Below, one piece after another: positions 51,327 to 59,867 of a stretch of DNA of 64,000 nt. Each line of letters starts with the position of its first letter. The stretch's first letter is position 1. The stretch comes from Desulfobulbaceae bacterium (GTDB taxonomy: Bacteria > Bacteroidota > Ignavibacteria > Kapaibacteriales > UBA2268), in assembly GCA_018335795.1 (NCBI GenBank), contig JAGXRP010000066.1, positions 94,317 to 158,316 of the forward strand, read 5' to 3'. Below the pieces are notes generated by a model that was not told the DNA's origin, made no database searches, and saw only the letters and a list, made by a program, of their open reading frames with translations. Position numbers and translations under genes: made by a program.

Positions 51327-51494
51327 TTCAAATTTCTAATTTTTATTCAATAAAGACGATTAAATGATGTAAATTAAGAAAAAATGCTACTTTTTAAGAA
51401 CTTTTCTTGTTAATATGACGATTGTTTCTTAATTTCGATAAATTGAAATGTCAATTTGACAAATAAATGATTTTAAATCAATTGAGGAGAAATA

Positions 51495-53489
51495 ATGTCA
51501 GAGAAAAAATTTGTACCTTTTGTTTCACCTGATTCCAATATGCTGGAGTTTTCAGTCAAAGCATTGGTCATAGGCTTGGTGATGTGTGTCATCCTAGGCG
51601 CTGCGAATGCCTACTTGGGTCTGAAAGCCGGTATGACAATCGCCGCTACTTATCCTGCGGCTGTAATTGGAATGGCTGTTCTAAGAGCCTTCAAGGGAAC
51701 AATCTTAGAAGAAAATTTTGCTCGTACTGTCGGCTCGATTGGCGAATCTGTCGCTGCGGGTGCGATTTTTACATTGCCTGCCTTCTTTATTGCCGGAATA
51801 TGGACCGATTTCTACACACCGACTAATTATTTGATTGCTGCTGCTATCATGACTGTCGGTGGTGTACTTGGTATTATGTTTGTTGCTTTGTTACGCCGAA
51901 TTATGGTTGACGACAAAGAACTGCCTTTCCCCGAATCTGTAGCTGCAGGCGAAATCCACAAAGCAGGTCAAACCGGAACCGGTGGCAGTAAATTCTTGTT
52001 CATTGCTATGATTGGCGGTGCTTTAATCAAAACGCTTGGCGAAATGAAATTATTCTTGGCAAGTTTCAAGCATTTTTTCGTTTTCTCACCTCAAACCATC
52101 CCCGGAACAAGCTTTGTAGGCTCAGGTGGTTTGCTCTTTACTTCAATGACAATCAGCCCTGCTTATATGGGCGTGGGATATATTATCGGTCCTAAGCTCG
52201 CAGGTCTTGCTTTTGGTGGTGGATTGATTGCCTGGGGATTGTTGACACCGATTATTCAGTATTTTATACAACCTCATTATACTGGCGATGCCATACTCAC
52301 AGCCCAAACTGTTTGGAATAATATCGTACGCCCGATAGCAATCGGTGGTATGTTAGTGGGTGCTACTTACACACTATTCCGCATGCGTAACAGTTTGATG
52401 ACAGGCATTGCTCGCTCGGTGGGTGATGTGAAAAAAGCCGCAAGCGGTCAAAATGTTGACGAAATTAGAACAGAACGCGATATCAGCTTTACTTGGATTC
52501 TAATCGGTATTGCATTCGTTGCAATTTCAACATTTTTAATAACATTTTTAGTATTTAAAACTACATTCTTGATTGCTTTTGTTGCATCTACAGTTATGAT
52601 AATTTTAGCGTTCTTCTTCGCTGCAGTTTCGGGTTATCTCGTCGGGATTATGGGCTCGAGTAATAATCCTATTAGCGGACTTACGCTTACCGCACTCGTC
52701 GTTACAGCGATTATTCTCGTCGCATTAGGTGCCACAGGCAACGAAGGTGTAGCGGCAGTACTCGGTGTAGCTGCAATCGTTTGCGTTGCTGCTGCAGTAG
52801 CCGGAGAAATGCTCCAAGACCTAAAAGTCGGGCATATACTCGGCGGTACACCATGGAAAATGCAGCTCGGCGATATTGTCGGTGTAGTAATTGCAAGTGC
52901 AATACTATTCATACCACTTTTCATTTTGCACGAAGGGGATATCGCAACGGGGCTTAAAGAAGGCTATATCGGTGGATTCGGTAGTAAAGAATTGCCTGCA
53001 CCTCAAGCAAGTTTGATGGCGATGCTGTCGCAAGGTATAGTAGGTGGAAACATGACTTGGCCCCTTATCATAGTCGGTATGCTCATGGGATTTGCATTGA
53101 TTTTGATTCGTGCAGGCAGTCCAATGCTTATTAGTGTGGGTATGTATCTGCCGTTTGGAACAGTGTTTGCTATCTTTACAGGTGGTGTGATTAAAGGAGC
53201 TCTCGATTGGCTCACCACAAAATATAATATGAATGAGGCTCAAAAAGTTAGAGTAGAAAACATCGGAGTGCTGCTCGCTGCCGGATTTATTGCCGGTGAA
53301 GCTTTGATTGGCTTGATGTTTGCCGGATTTGCCTTTGCAGAAATCAACCTTTTTGCATTCTTCGAGCAACCTTCATTCCTCGTCAGTATAATTGTATTGC
53401 TTGTAATTGCTGCAATTATGATTTATCTGCCATTCAAGAATGCCGGTAGTCCTGACGAACCTGCGCCACCTTCTACCGGTGGGCATTAA
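51495..53489 (+). CDS. OPT-family oligopeptide transporter
   Basis: 664 aa, polytopic. The N-terminal region (LEFSVKALVIGLVMCVILGAANAYLGLKAGMTIAATYPAAVIGMAVLRAF) and overall Gly-rich TM architecture match OPT/YGL114w-type transporters. GAGGAG sits 7 nt upstream of the ATG. Confidence 0.8.
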   Translation: MSEKKFVPFVSPDSNMLEFSVKALVIGLVMCVILGAANAYLGLKAGMTIAATYPAAVIGMAVLRAFKGTILEENFARTVGSIGESVAAGAIFTLPAFFIAGIWTDFYTPTNYLIAAAIMTVGGVLGIMFVALLRRIMVDDKELPFPESVAAGEIHKAGQTGTGGSKFLFIAMIGGALIKTLGEMKLFLASFKHFFVFSPQTIPGTSFVGSGGLLFTSMTISPAYMGVGYIIGPKLAGLAFGGGLIAWGLLTPIIQYFIQPHYTGDAILTAQTVWNNIVRPIAIGGMLVGATYTLFRMRNSLMTGIARSVGDVKKAASGQNVDEIRTERDISFTWILIGIAFVAISTFLITFLVFKTTFLIAFVASTVMIILAFFFAAVSGYLVGIMGSSNNPISGLTLTALVVTAIILVALGATGNEGVAAVLGVAAIVCVAAAVAGEMLQDLKVGHILGGTPWKMQLGDIVGVVIASAILFIPLFILHEGDIATGLKEGYIGGFGSKELPAPQASLMAMLSQGIVGGNMTWPLIIVGMLMGFALILIRAGSPMLISVGMYLPFGTVFAIFTGGVIKGALDWLTTKYNMNEAQKVRVENIGVLLAAGFIAGEALIGLMFAGFAFAEINLFAFFEQPSFLVSIIVLLVIAAIMIYLPFKNAGSPDEPAPPSTGGH

Positions 53490-53514
53490 GTAACTTAACG
53501 AGGCATTATTTTCA

Positions 53515-53541
53515 AGGGGTTGTCTGTTTGGACAACCCTTT
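53515..53541 (+). terminator. Hairpin terminator after the OPT transporter gene
   Basis: aggggttgtc-tgtttg-gacaaccctt followed by tgttgtgtt, 25 nt after the stop. Confidence 0.6.
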
Positions 53542-53638
53542 GTTGTGTTATTAATTATGAAATAATTTATATTTTTGTTAGTTCAATATATATATATTTG
53601 ATTGAAATTTAATTTTACATACTTTTTTAGGAAGTGTT

Positions 53639-54148
53639 ATGAGGAGACTAATTTTAGGATTAATAATTTTTATAATGTCAATTATGATAATTAACGAGGC
53701 CAAAGCCTCGGGACCTATGGATAGAAATTTCGGCTTCGGAATCGTTTTTGGCGACCCATTCGGAGCCACAGTTAATTACTGGGTGACTAGAGAAAACTCA
53801 CTTGCTGCTTATATTGGTGCTTCATATTTTGGCGCATTGAGAATCGGTGGCGATTACCTTTTCCATTTCAATGCTTTCAATTCCCAAGTCGTCAAAATGT
53901 ACGCAGGACCTGGAATTGCAGTAGGCTTTGGACGTGGGCGAGGAATTATCTATAGCGAAAATAAAAATCGTTTCTATTATTGGGAAGATGACCAAGTTGG
54001 TATCGCTACTAGAGTAATTTTTGGCGTTAATATCACACCAGGAAGAGCTCCTTTCGAAATTTTTATCGAAGCCGGTCCTCTTATCGGCATATCCCCCGAT
54101 GTTGGAGTCAATGTTGATGCATCAATAGGCATTAGGTTTTATCCCTAA
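53639..54148 (+). CDS. Putative outer-membrane beta-barrel protein (169 aa)
   Basis: Signal peptide (MRRLILGLIIFIMSIMIINEAKA). Alternating hydrophobic/Gly-rich strands and a C-terminal aromatic motif (IGIRFYP). Confidence 0.4.
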   Translation: MRRLILGLIIFIMSIMIINEAKASGPMDRNFGFGIVFGDPFGATVNYWVTRENSLAAYIGASYFGALRIGGDYLFHFNAFNSQVVKMYAGPGIAVGFGRGRGIIYSENKNRFYYWEDDQVGIATRVIFGVNITPGRAPFEIFIEAGPLIGISPDVGVNVDASIGIRFYP

Positions 54149-54155
54149 GATTTTT

Positions 54156-54184
54156 TTGTAGTGCGAAATTATTCGTATATTTGC
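54156..54184 (+). promoter_or_regulatory. FCB-type sigma-A promoter (TTTG-N17-TATATTTG) upstream of tRNA-Pro
   Basis: ttTTTGtagtgcgaaattattcgTATATTTGcag. The -7 element matches TAnnTTTG and lies about 38 nt upstream of the mature tRNA 5' end. Confidence 0.5.
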
Positions 54185-54221
54185 AGTCCGATATAGGGCA
54201 ATTTTTGCAAATATCGAGGTT

Positions 54222-54298
54222 CGGGATGTAGCGCAGCCCGGTAGCGCACCACTTTGGGGTAGTGGGGGTCGGCGGTTCAAATCCGCCCATTCCGACCA
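54222..54298 (+). tRNA. tRNA-Pro (anticodon GGG), CCA encoded
   Basis: The cloverleaf folds by hand: acceptor CGGGATG/CATTCCG, D-arm GCGC-AGCCCGGTA-GCGC, anticodon arm CCACT-TTGGGGT-AGTGG with anticodon GGG and G37, T-arm GGCGG-TTCAAAT-CCGCC, discriminator A plus CCA. It is close to E. coli tRNA-Pro(GGG). Confidence 0.9.
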
Positions 54299-54316
54299 AA
54301 ACAAAAACCCTTCCAT

Positions 54317-54345
54317 ATAGGGACAGAACAGCGTTCTGTCCCTAT
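54317..54345 (+). terminator. Perfect 13-bp hairpin directly downstream of tRNA-Pro
   Basis: atagggacagaac-agc-gttctgtccctat followed by aatattttt. Confidence 0.55.
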
Positions 54346-54468
54346 AATATTTTTGATAGATCCGAGGAAACTTCGGAAGTTTCCAAAGCTTCCGAAGTTT
54401 GGATTGCATGACTTCAGGTGTTACAACTGACGGAAAGAAGAAAATTTCTCAAAAAAAGTGAAATTTTA

Positions 54469-54499
54469 TTTGCACAGTTCAAAAAATTTTATATATTTG
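54469..54499 (+). promoter_or_regulatory. Consensus FCB-type promoter inside repeat unit 1
   Basis: TTTG-N19-TATATTTG. The predicted TSS at about 54506 is 30 nt upstream of a hairpin terminator. Confidence 0.5.
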
Positions 54500-54536
54500 C
54501 ATATTCCATTTTGTATGTTTAGAGCATTTTCCTACC

Positions 54537-54571
54537 AAAGCGAGCTATCCTTGCTCGCTTTAGTTTTTTTT
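54537..54571 (+). terminator. Rho-independent terminator of unit 1
   Basis: aaagcgagc/gctcgcttt stem followed by T8. Confidence 0.7.
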
Positions 54572-54648
54572 GTGCCCCTGTCCCTTCTTTGTAACACCTG
54601 ACGAGACAAGAAAATTTCTCAAAAAAAGTGAAATTTTATTTGCACAGT

Positions 54649-54669
54649 ATAAAAAATTTTATATATTTG
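54649..54669 (+). promoter_or_regulatory. Consensus FCB-type promoter inside repeat unit 2
   Basis: TTTGcacagtataaaaaattttaTATATTTG. Confidence 0.5.
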
Positions 54670-54736
54670 CATTGCCTTTAAAATTATTTTAAAAATATTT
54701 AATTTTTAAAAACAAAAACATGTAGAAGTTCTCGCA

Positions 54737-54773
54737 CCGAAGCAAGCTCCCCGTGCTAGCTTCGGTTTTTTTT
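54737..54773 (+). terminator. Rho-independent terminator of unit 2
   Basis: ccgaagcaagc/gctagcttcgg stem followed by T8. Confidence 0.7.
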
Positions 54774-55025
54774 GCCCACTGTGCCGTCCGTCAGTTGTAA
54801 CAACTGACGAGACACAAAATCCCCATTTGCCAAAGGGAGAAAGCGAGCTTGCGAGCAGGGGGATTTATATTTGTCCACTTTCCCATCTTTGTTCTCTGTT
54901 CTTTCAGTTGTTACAACTGACAGGAAAAGATAACCACATTATTTCACGCAATGACACACTATTTCGTTAAAAATGTTAATTTTGTAATGTGATTTTGATT
55001 GTTGCAACAAATTAACATATGCTAC

Positions 55026-57788
55026 ATGGCTGAGAACATCAAAGACAAACTGAACAAATTGGTTTTCGATTTTAAATTGTCCAACTATCGCGATTTAAAC
55101 GAGAGCCAAACACGAATTTCATACATTGATAGATTTTGGGAGCTTTTGGGATGGAATGTCCGCAATCCGCTCGAAGTCCAAGTGGAACGCACCGACAAAA
55201 GCTATATGGGCAGAAGACCCGATTACCGCTTCATCAAAGGGAACAAAACCCTGTTTTTTGTGGAGGCAAAAAAACCTGCCGAAGATTTGACTAATCCCCG
55301 ACACATCTATCAGACCAAGCTCTATTGCTGGAACGGTAAAGTGCCTATTGCAATATTGACAGATTTTGAAGAGTTCCGTCCTTTCAGGGCGCTCGGCAAA
55401 CCGCTGATTACCGATGCAAAAAAAGGGCTAATCAAAGAATTGGACATGGTTTGCGATGAATATCCCGACCGAGTTGACGATTTGTTGGCTACATTTGGGC
55501 GGGAAGCCGTTTTTGCGGGCTCTTTGGACGAACTTGTCAAACCCACTCAGTTAGAGCTTCGCGATACTGTGGATAAACATTTCCTCAATTCGCTATCCAA
55601 ATGGAGAATCGAACTCGCATCCCTAATCGCAAAAAAGAATCATTTCGATAATGAGTTCGAGCTTGCCGAAGCCACTCAACGAATCTTGGACAGGCTTGTG
55701 TTTCTGCGGATTTTGCAAGATAGGGACATCGAAAACACGGATTTCATCAAGAGCATTCTCGAGCATCGAGTAGGCAATTCCTATGCAGCATTTCTGTTGA
55801 TTTGCAAGGAACTCGCACCGAAATACAACGGGTTGATATTCAATCCGCATCCGCTGTCTGAAAATCTCACAATCGAAGCATCGCTATTCAAAAATATCGT
55901 CAAAGAGCTGAATGTGGAGGATTCGCCCTACAGATTCGACGAAATCCCCGTAGAAGTGCTCGGCACAATTTACGAACGATTCTTGGGTGACGAAATCAGC
56001 TTCGACAAGGGCAGACAAGTTGTCATAGACCAAAAGCCCGAAGTGCGGAAAGCGGGCGGCGTTTACTACACTCCGCAGTATATCGTCGAGTACATCGTCG
56101 CCAACACTGTCGGGAAGCTATTGGAGCAAGCCCGAACACCGGACGATGTCAGCCGGCTCAAAATTCTCGACCCCGCATGTGGCTCCGGCTCATTCCTTTT
56201 GGGGGCTTTCGATGCACTAATCAAATGGCACGAGGATTACTACAACGCTCATATCACCGAAATTCACGAAAAGAAGGGCAGAAACACGCATTTGCTGGCA
56301 TTCATGGACGAAGAGACCGGCAAGTTGAGATTGACCGCACGAAAAAAGGGCAGAATACTCCAAAACAACATTTACGGAGTGGATATAGACAAGCAGGCGA
56401 CCGAAGTAGCACAGATGTCGCTCTATTTGAAAGTGTTGGAGGGCATAGCCAAGGAGCCGCTCGCAGTCTTGGGATTCCAAGATGCACTGCTGCCAAAGAT
56501 GGACGACAACATCAAATGCGGCAACTCGCTAATCGGGAGCGACTTCATCAGCGACGACTTTTTCGGGATGTCCGAGCGGGAGCGGCACAAAATCAACCCA
56601 TTCGATTGGGAAGTCGCATTCCCATTCTTGAAAATGACCGGTGGCTTCGACGCCGTCATCGGTAATCCGCCGTATGGGGCTGAGTTGCATTTTGATACGA
56701 TTAGATTCTTGAGTGAGAAATATCAAGTCGGCACAACTGATACAGCTGCTTTATTCATGATAACTGCAACAAGAAAAATTAAAACGAATGGATTTGTTGG
56801 ATTCATAATTCCAAAACCTTTTACATATGCCTCTAATTGGAAAAAAGTTAGACAGTCATTATTGAGTGATATAAATAAGATAGTTGACTGTTCAAAAGTA
56901 TGGAAAGAAGTTAAGTTGGAGATGACAGTTTATATTAGTCAAAAAGGTTCTAATAGTAAAATATTTTCGTCGGGAATTATTAAAAAGGACAAAGTTTTAC
57001 ATATTGCTGATATAGATAAGAATCTATGTGAAGAATTTGGTTTTATACTTAATGGTGTTAGTCAAAATGAAATTGAAATTGCCAGAAAAATTAAATCTAA
57101 TGGTGTGAGTCTGAACAATTTAGTTACGAATCAAAGGGGTGGATTATACCAAAAATTCCTTAACAATTCAGGTGATTTATTTGCAATGGGGGGAAAGCAA
57201 ATAAATAGATTTGGAATTGATAATAGACCCAAAGGTATGATTGATGCAACAATAAACATTGATAATAAATCATTCATCAAGCCTGATTCAATTTTAGTTC
57301 AGAATATTGTTGCACATATTGCAAATCCAAGACCTCATATTAAGATTATAGCAACCTCAATTGTCAATGGTGACTTAAGTAAATATATTATTTTAGATAC
57401 AGTAAATCAATTAGTATGCGCCGAGCATGTATCAAGTAAATATATTCTGGGTATTATTAATTCAAAAATAATAAACTGGTACTGTTATCGATTTATTTTT
57501 GCAAACGCGATTAGGACAATGCATTTTGATAGCCCTGTTACCGAGAGAATTCCCATCCCCCAAGACCCTAACCCCCAAACCCAAGAAAAACTCATTGAAC
57601 TCGTCGAGCGAATGTTGCGATTGCACAAGGAATTGCAAACAGCCACAGAGTTCGACCGCAAGCACATAGAGCAATACATCTCCCGCACGGACAAAGAAAT
57701 AGACGCCCTCGTTTACCAACTCTACGCCCTCACTCCCGAAGAAATAAGAATTGTGGAGGGAGAGGGTGAGAAGGAGGATTTTGATTAA
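55026..57788 (+). CDS. Single-chain Type IIG/IIL restriction-modification enzyme (PD-(D/E)xK endonuclease + gamma-class N6-adenine methyltransferase + target-recognition domain), Eco57I/MmeI-like
   Basis: N-terminal nuclease motifs (RRPDYRF ... LFFVEAKKP). Methyltransferase motif I (ILDPACGSGSFLLGAFDAL) and motif IV (VIGNPPYG). A long variable C-terminal region follows. The probable start is ATG 55026 (MAENIKDKL). The tool ORF begins at an upstream TTG (54999). Confidence 0.8.
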   Translation: MAENIKDKLNKLVFDFKLSNYRDLNESQTRISYIDRFWELLGWNVRNPLEVQVERTDKSYMGRRPDYRFIKGNKTLFFVEAKKPAEDLTNPRHIYQTKLYCWNGKVPIAILTDFEEFRPFRALGKPLITDAKKGLIKELDMVCDEYPDRVDDLLATFGREAVFAGSLDELVKPTQLELRDTVDKHFLNSLSKWRIELASLIAKKNHFDNEFELAEATQRILDRLVFLRILQDRDIENTDFIKSILEHRVGNSYAAFLLICKELAPKYNGLIFNPHPLSENLTIEASLFKNIVKELNVEDSPYRFDEIPVEVLGTIYERFLGDEISFDKGRQVVIDQKPEVRKAGGVYYTPQYIVEYIVANTVGKLLEQARTPDDVSRLKILDPACGSGSFLLGAFDALIKWHEDYYNAHITEIHEKKGRNTHLLAFMDEETGKLRLTARKKGRILQNNIYGVDIDKQATEVAQMSLYLKVLEGIAKEPLAVLGFQDALLPKMDDNIKCGNSLIGSDFISDDFFGMSERERHKINPFDWEVAFPFLKMTGGFDAVIGNPPYGAELHFDTIRFLSEKYQVGTTDTAALFMITATRKIKTNGFVGFIIPKPFTYASNWKKVRQSLLSDINKIVDCSKVWKEVKLEMTVYISQKGSNSKIFSSGIIKKDKVLHIADIDKNLCEEFGFILNGVSQNEIEIARKIKSNGVSLNNLVTNQRGGLYQKFLNNSGDLFAMGGKQINRFGIDNRPKGMIDATINIDNKSFIKPDSILVQNIVAHIANPRPHIKIIATSIVNGDLSKYIILDTVNQLVCAEHVSSKYILGIINSKIINWYCYRFIFANAIRTMHFDSPVTERIPIPQDPNPQTQEKLIELVERMLRLHKELQTATEFDRKHIEQYISRTDKEIDALVYQLYALTPEEIRIVEGEGEKEDFD

Positions 57789-57907
57789 ACGTTTCCCACA
57801 TATATACTTAAAAAATATTATGAATTCCTAAAAATGTTGAAATCTTTTTTGGTTATTTTTTACTTTTGGAGGCTTATATTTGCTTTTTTAATGTTAAAGG
57901 ATTTAAT

Positions 57908-59026
57908 ATGAGTAAGGTAGTATATGTTGATGAATCAGGCGCACATGGTTTTAATAGTTCGGATTCAAGAGGTAATTTTTATGTCATTTCGTTGGTCATT
58001 ATTGATGAAGTGAAGCGAAGTGATTTTGAATCAAAATATTTATCGGTGATTAGGAATCATCATCAGAGCGAGTTTTTAAAGTATTCAACTCTTAAAAAGA
58101 AGCGAAATTGCAATGAAATCATTGACGAAATTATGAAGTTAGAATTCTCGTTTTTCTCCTTAGTTGTTGACAAGAGTAAAATTCATAAGGATAGTGGATT
58201 GAAGTTTAAAACAGTATTTTACAAATTTCTTCATAGAATTGTGTATGAACGACTTTTTAAATCATTTCAAAAAATTAATATAATCAGTGATGATTATTGT
58301 GATGATGATTTTCATGATAGTTTTAAAAAATATATTAAATCTATTACTCAAGGAATGAGCTTATTCAAAGATGTAGAGATTACATTTGTAAATCGTGATC
58401 CCATTGTACAATTGTCAGATATCATTTCTGGTGTTTTTAGAGATAAACAGATAAATGAGCAAATTGATATTTACAATAAGTTAAAGACAAAATCACTATT
58501 TTGCTATAATTTCCCTCAGTCTTTTTACATAAACCAAGATAATGTAAATGATAGTTTGTTAGAGCAGAACGGAGTATTGAATTCAGATATTATTCAAGAA
58601 ATGTCTATTAAAGTCACTATAGAAGCAATTCATAAATTAAAGGATGAAAATTCAAAATTTTTATTACATCTACTATTGTTGAATTCCTTCTCTTTACATG
58701 ATGATTATATTCACAGTCATAAAATTGTGAATCACTTTAAAGAATTTTTTGATATTGACATTGAGGAGAATCAAGTCAAACGGAGCATGATTCCAAAATT
58801 ACGAGACAAAGGTGTTTTAATTTCAAGTTCTCCAAAAGGATATAAATTACCTACGAAATATTCTGATATATTGGATTATATTGCAATAACTGATAGGAAC
58901 GTTAATAACCAGATAAATAGGTTAGAGAATTTTCTGAAAGATTTTGCAATAAAGCTTGATAAGCCGATTCACGATTTAGTTGATGAAAGTAAGTATTTTA
59001 AATTGAATCAGATATTGGCTCGTTAA
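57908..59026 (+). CDS. DUF3800-family protein
   Basis: Begins MSKVVYVDESGAHGF, the characteristic (I/V)Y(I/V)DESG N-terminus of DUF3800. It ends at about 372 aa and is very AT-rich. The likely start is 57908 (the tool ORF starts 57866). Confidence 0.55.
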   Translation: MSKVVYVDESGAHGFNSSDSRGNFYVISLVIIDEVKRSDFESKYLSVIRNHHQSEFLKYSTLKKKRNCNEIIDEIMKLEFSFFSLVVDKSKIHKDSGLKFKTVFYKFLHRIVYERLFKSFQKINIISDDYCDDDFHDSFKKYIKSITQGMSLFKDVEITFVNRDPIVQLSDIISGVFRDKQINEQIDIYNKLKTKSLFCYNFPQSFYINQDNVNDSLLEQNGVLNSDIIQEMSIKVTIEAIHKLKDENSKFLLHLLLLNSFSLHDDYIHSHKIVNHFKEFFDIDIEENQVKRSMIPKLRDKGVLISSSPKGYKLPTKYSDILDYIAITDRNVNNQINRLENFLKDFAIKLDKPIHDLVDESKYFKLNQILAR

Positions 59027-59126
59027 GAATTTTGTCCCATCAGTTGACAACTTACGGAACAACAAGGAGTTATTATGATTTTCGATAATGAAACATTTAC
59101 AAATTCATGCGAAACAATATAAAACT

Positions 59127-59867
59127 ATGTCAAAATCAAAAATAGAATGGACAGAGAGTACATGGAACCCGATTACGGGGTGTACGAAAATTTCTTCCGG
59201 TTGCCGATTCTGCTACGCAGAAATTATGGCAAGAAGGTTGCAAGCTATGGGGCAACCCAAGTATGCCGATGGTTTCAAGCTGACTATTCACCCGGATACC
59301 CTTGACGAGCCATATACTTGGAAAAAACCCAGAGTGGTATTCGTTAATTCGATGAGCGATATTTTTCATAAGGACGTTCCGATTGACTTCATCCAAAAAA
59401 TTTTCAAGGTAATCAACGACAATCCGCAACATGTTTTTCAGGTTCTGACCAAACGGGCAGATGTACTATATAAATATGACAGCGAGGGTTTGCTGAATTG
59501 GTCGGAGAATTTGTGGATGGGTGTAACTGTGGAAAGTTCTAAAGTTACCAAAAGAATAGATTTTTTGAGACGAACCGGTGCACATGTAAAATTTCTCTCC
59601 TGCGAACCCTTGATTAGTGCTATTCCCAATATGAATCTTAGCGGAATTGATTGGGTAATTGCCGGTGGCGAAAGCGGACGCACTCCACGCCCAATAGACA
59701 AAGAATGGGTGCTCGACATAAAGCAACAATGCGACAATCTGGGCGTTGCCTTTTACTTCAAACAATGGGGCGGTACAAATAAGAAAAAAAGCGGTAGAAT
59801 GATTGATGGCGTTACTTATGATGCCATGCCCAGAAGCGTCACAATATCCAACACCAAAACGGCATAG
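59127..59867 (+). CDS. Gp37/Gp68-family protein (DUF5131) with three-Cys motif
   Basis: MSKSKIEWTESTWNPITGCTKISSGCRFCYAE (Cx6CxxC) ... VFVNSMSDIF ... VIAGGESGRTPRPIDKEWVLDIKQQCDNLGVAFYFKQWGG. This matches the DUF5131 family pattern as I recall it. The likely start is 59127 (the tool ORF starts 59088). Confidence 0.7.
   Translation: MSKSKIEWTESTWNPITGCTKISSGCRFCYAEIMARRLQAMGQPKYADGFKLTIHPDTLDEPYTWKKPRVVFVNSMSDIFHKDVPIDFIQKIFKVINDNPQHVFQVLTKRADVLYKYDSEGLLNWSENLWMGVTVESSKVTKRIDFLRRTGAHVKFLSCEPLISAIPNMNLSGIDWVIAGGESGRTPRPIDKEWVLDIKQQCDNLGVAFYFKQWGGTNKKKSGRMIDGVTYDAMPRSVTISNTKTA

Larger units (their letters stand above)
54418..54580 (+). repeat. Repeat unit 1 of the promoter-terminator mini-cassette family
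   Basis: gtgttacaactgacgg + gaaaatttctcaaaaaaagtgaaattttaTTTGcacagttcaaaaaattttaTATATTTGcat, then a ~30-nt body, then the hairpin aaagcgagct-atccttg-ctcgcttt and T8. Confidence 0.7.
54588..54830 (+). repeat. Repeat unit 2 of the mini-cassette family (left island boundary copy)
   Basis: The upstream 40 nt match unit 1. Promoter TTTG(54649-52)-N19-TATATTTG(54662-69). An 83-nt body is identical to 60008-60090. Hairpin ccgaagcaagc-tccccgtg-ctagcttcgg + T8. Then cccactgtgccgtccgtcagttgtaacaactgacgagacacaaaa. Confidence 0.75.

Noticed and set aside
54122-54409. 95-aa minus-strand ORF overlapping tRNA-Pro
   Set aside because: It overlaps a confidently folded tRNA and its terminator hairpin. There is no protein signal.
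56177-56726. Cluster of 60-160-aa ORFs on both strands inside the Type IIG RM gene
   Set aside because: They lie in the GC-rich segment, where stop codons are rare by chance. They have no motifs and overlap a well-supported, motif-rich CDS, so they are artefacts of base composition.
55026-57788. BREX PglX methyltransferase
   Set aside because: The architecture of a PD-(D/E)xK nuclease N-terminus plus a gamma-type methyltransferase fits a stand-alone Type IIG enzyme. No pglZ, brxC or brxL genes are present.
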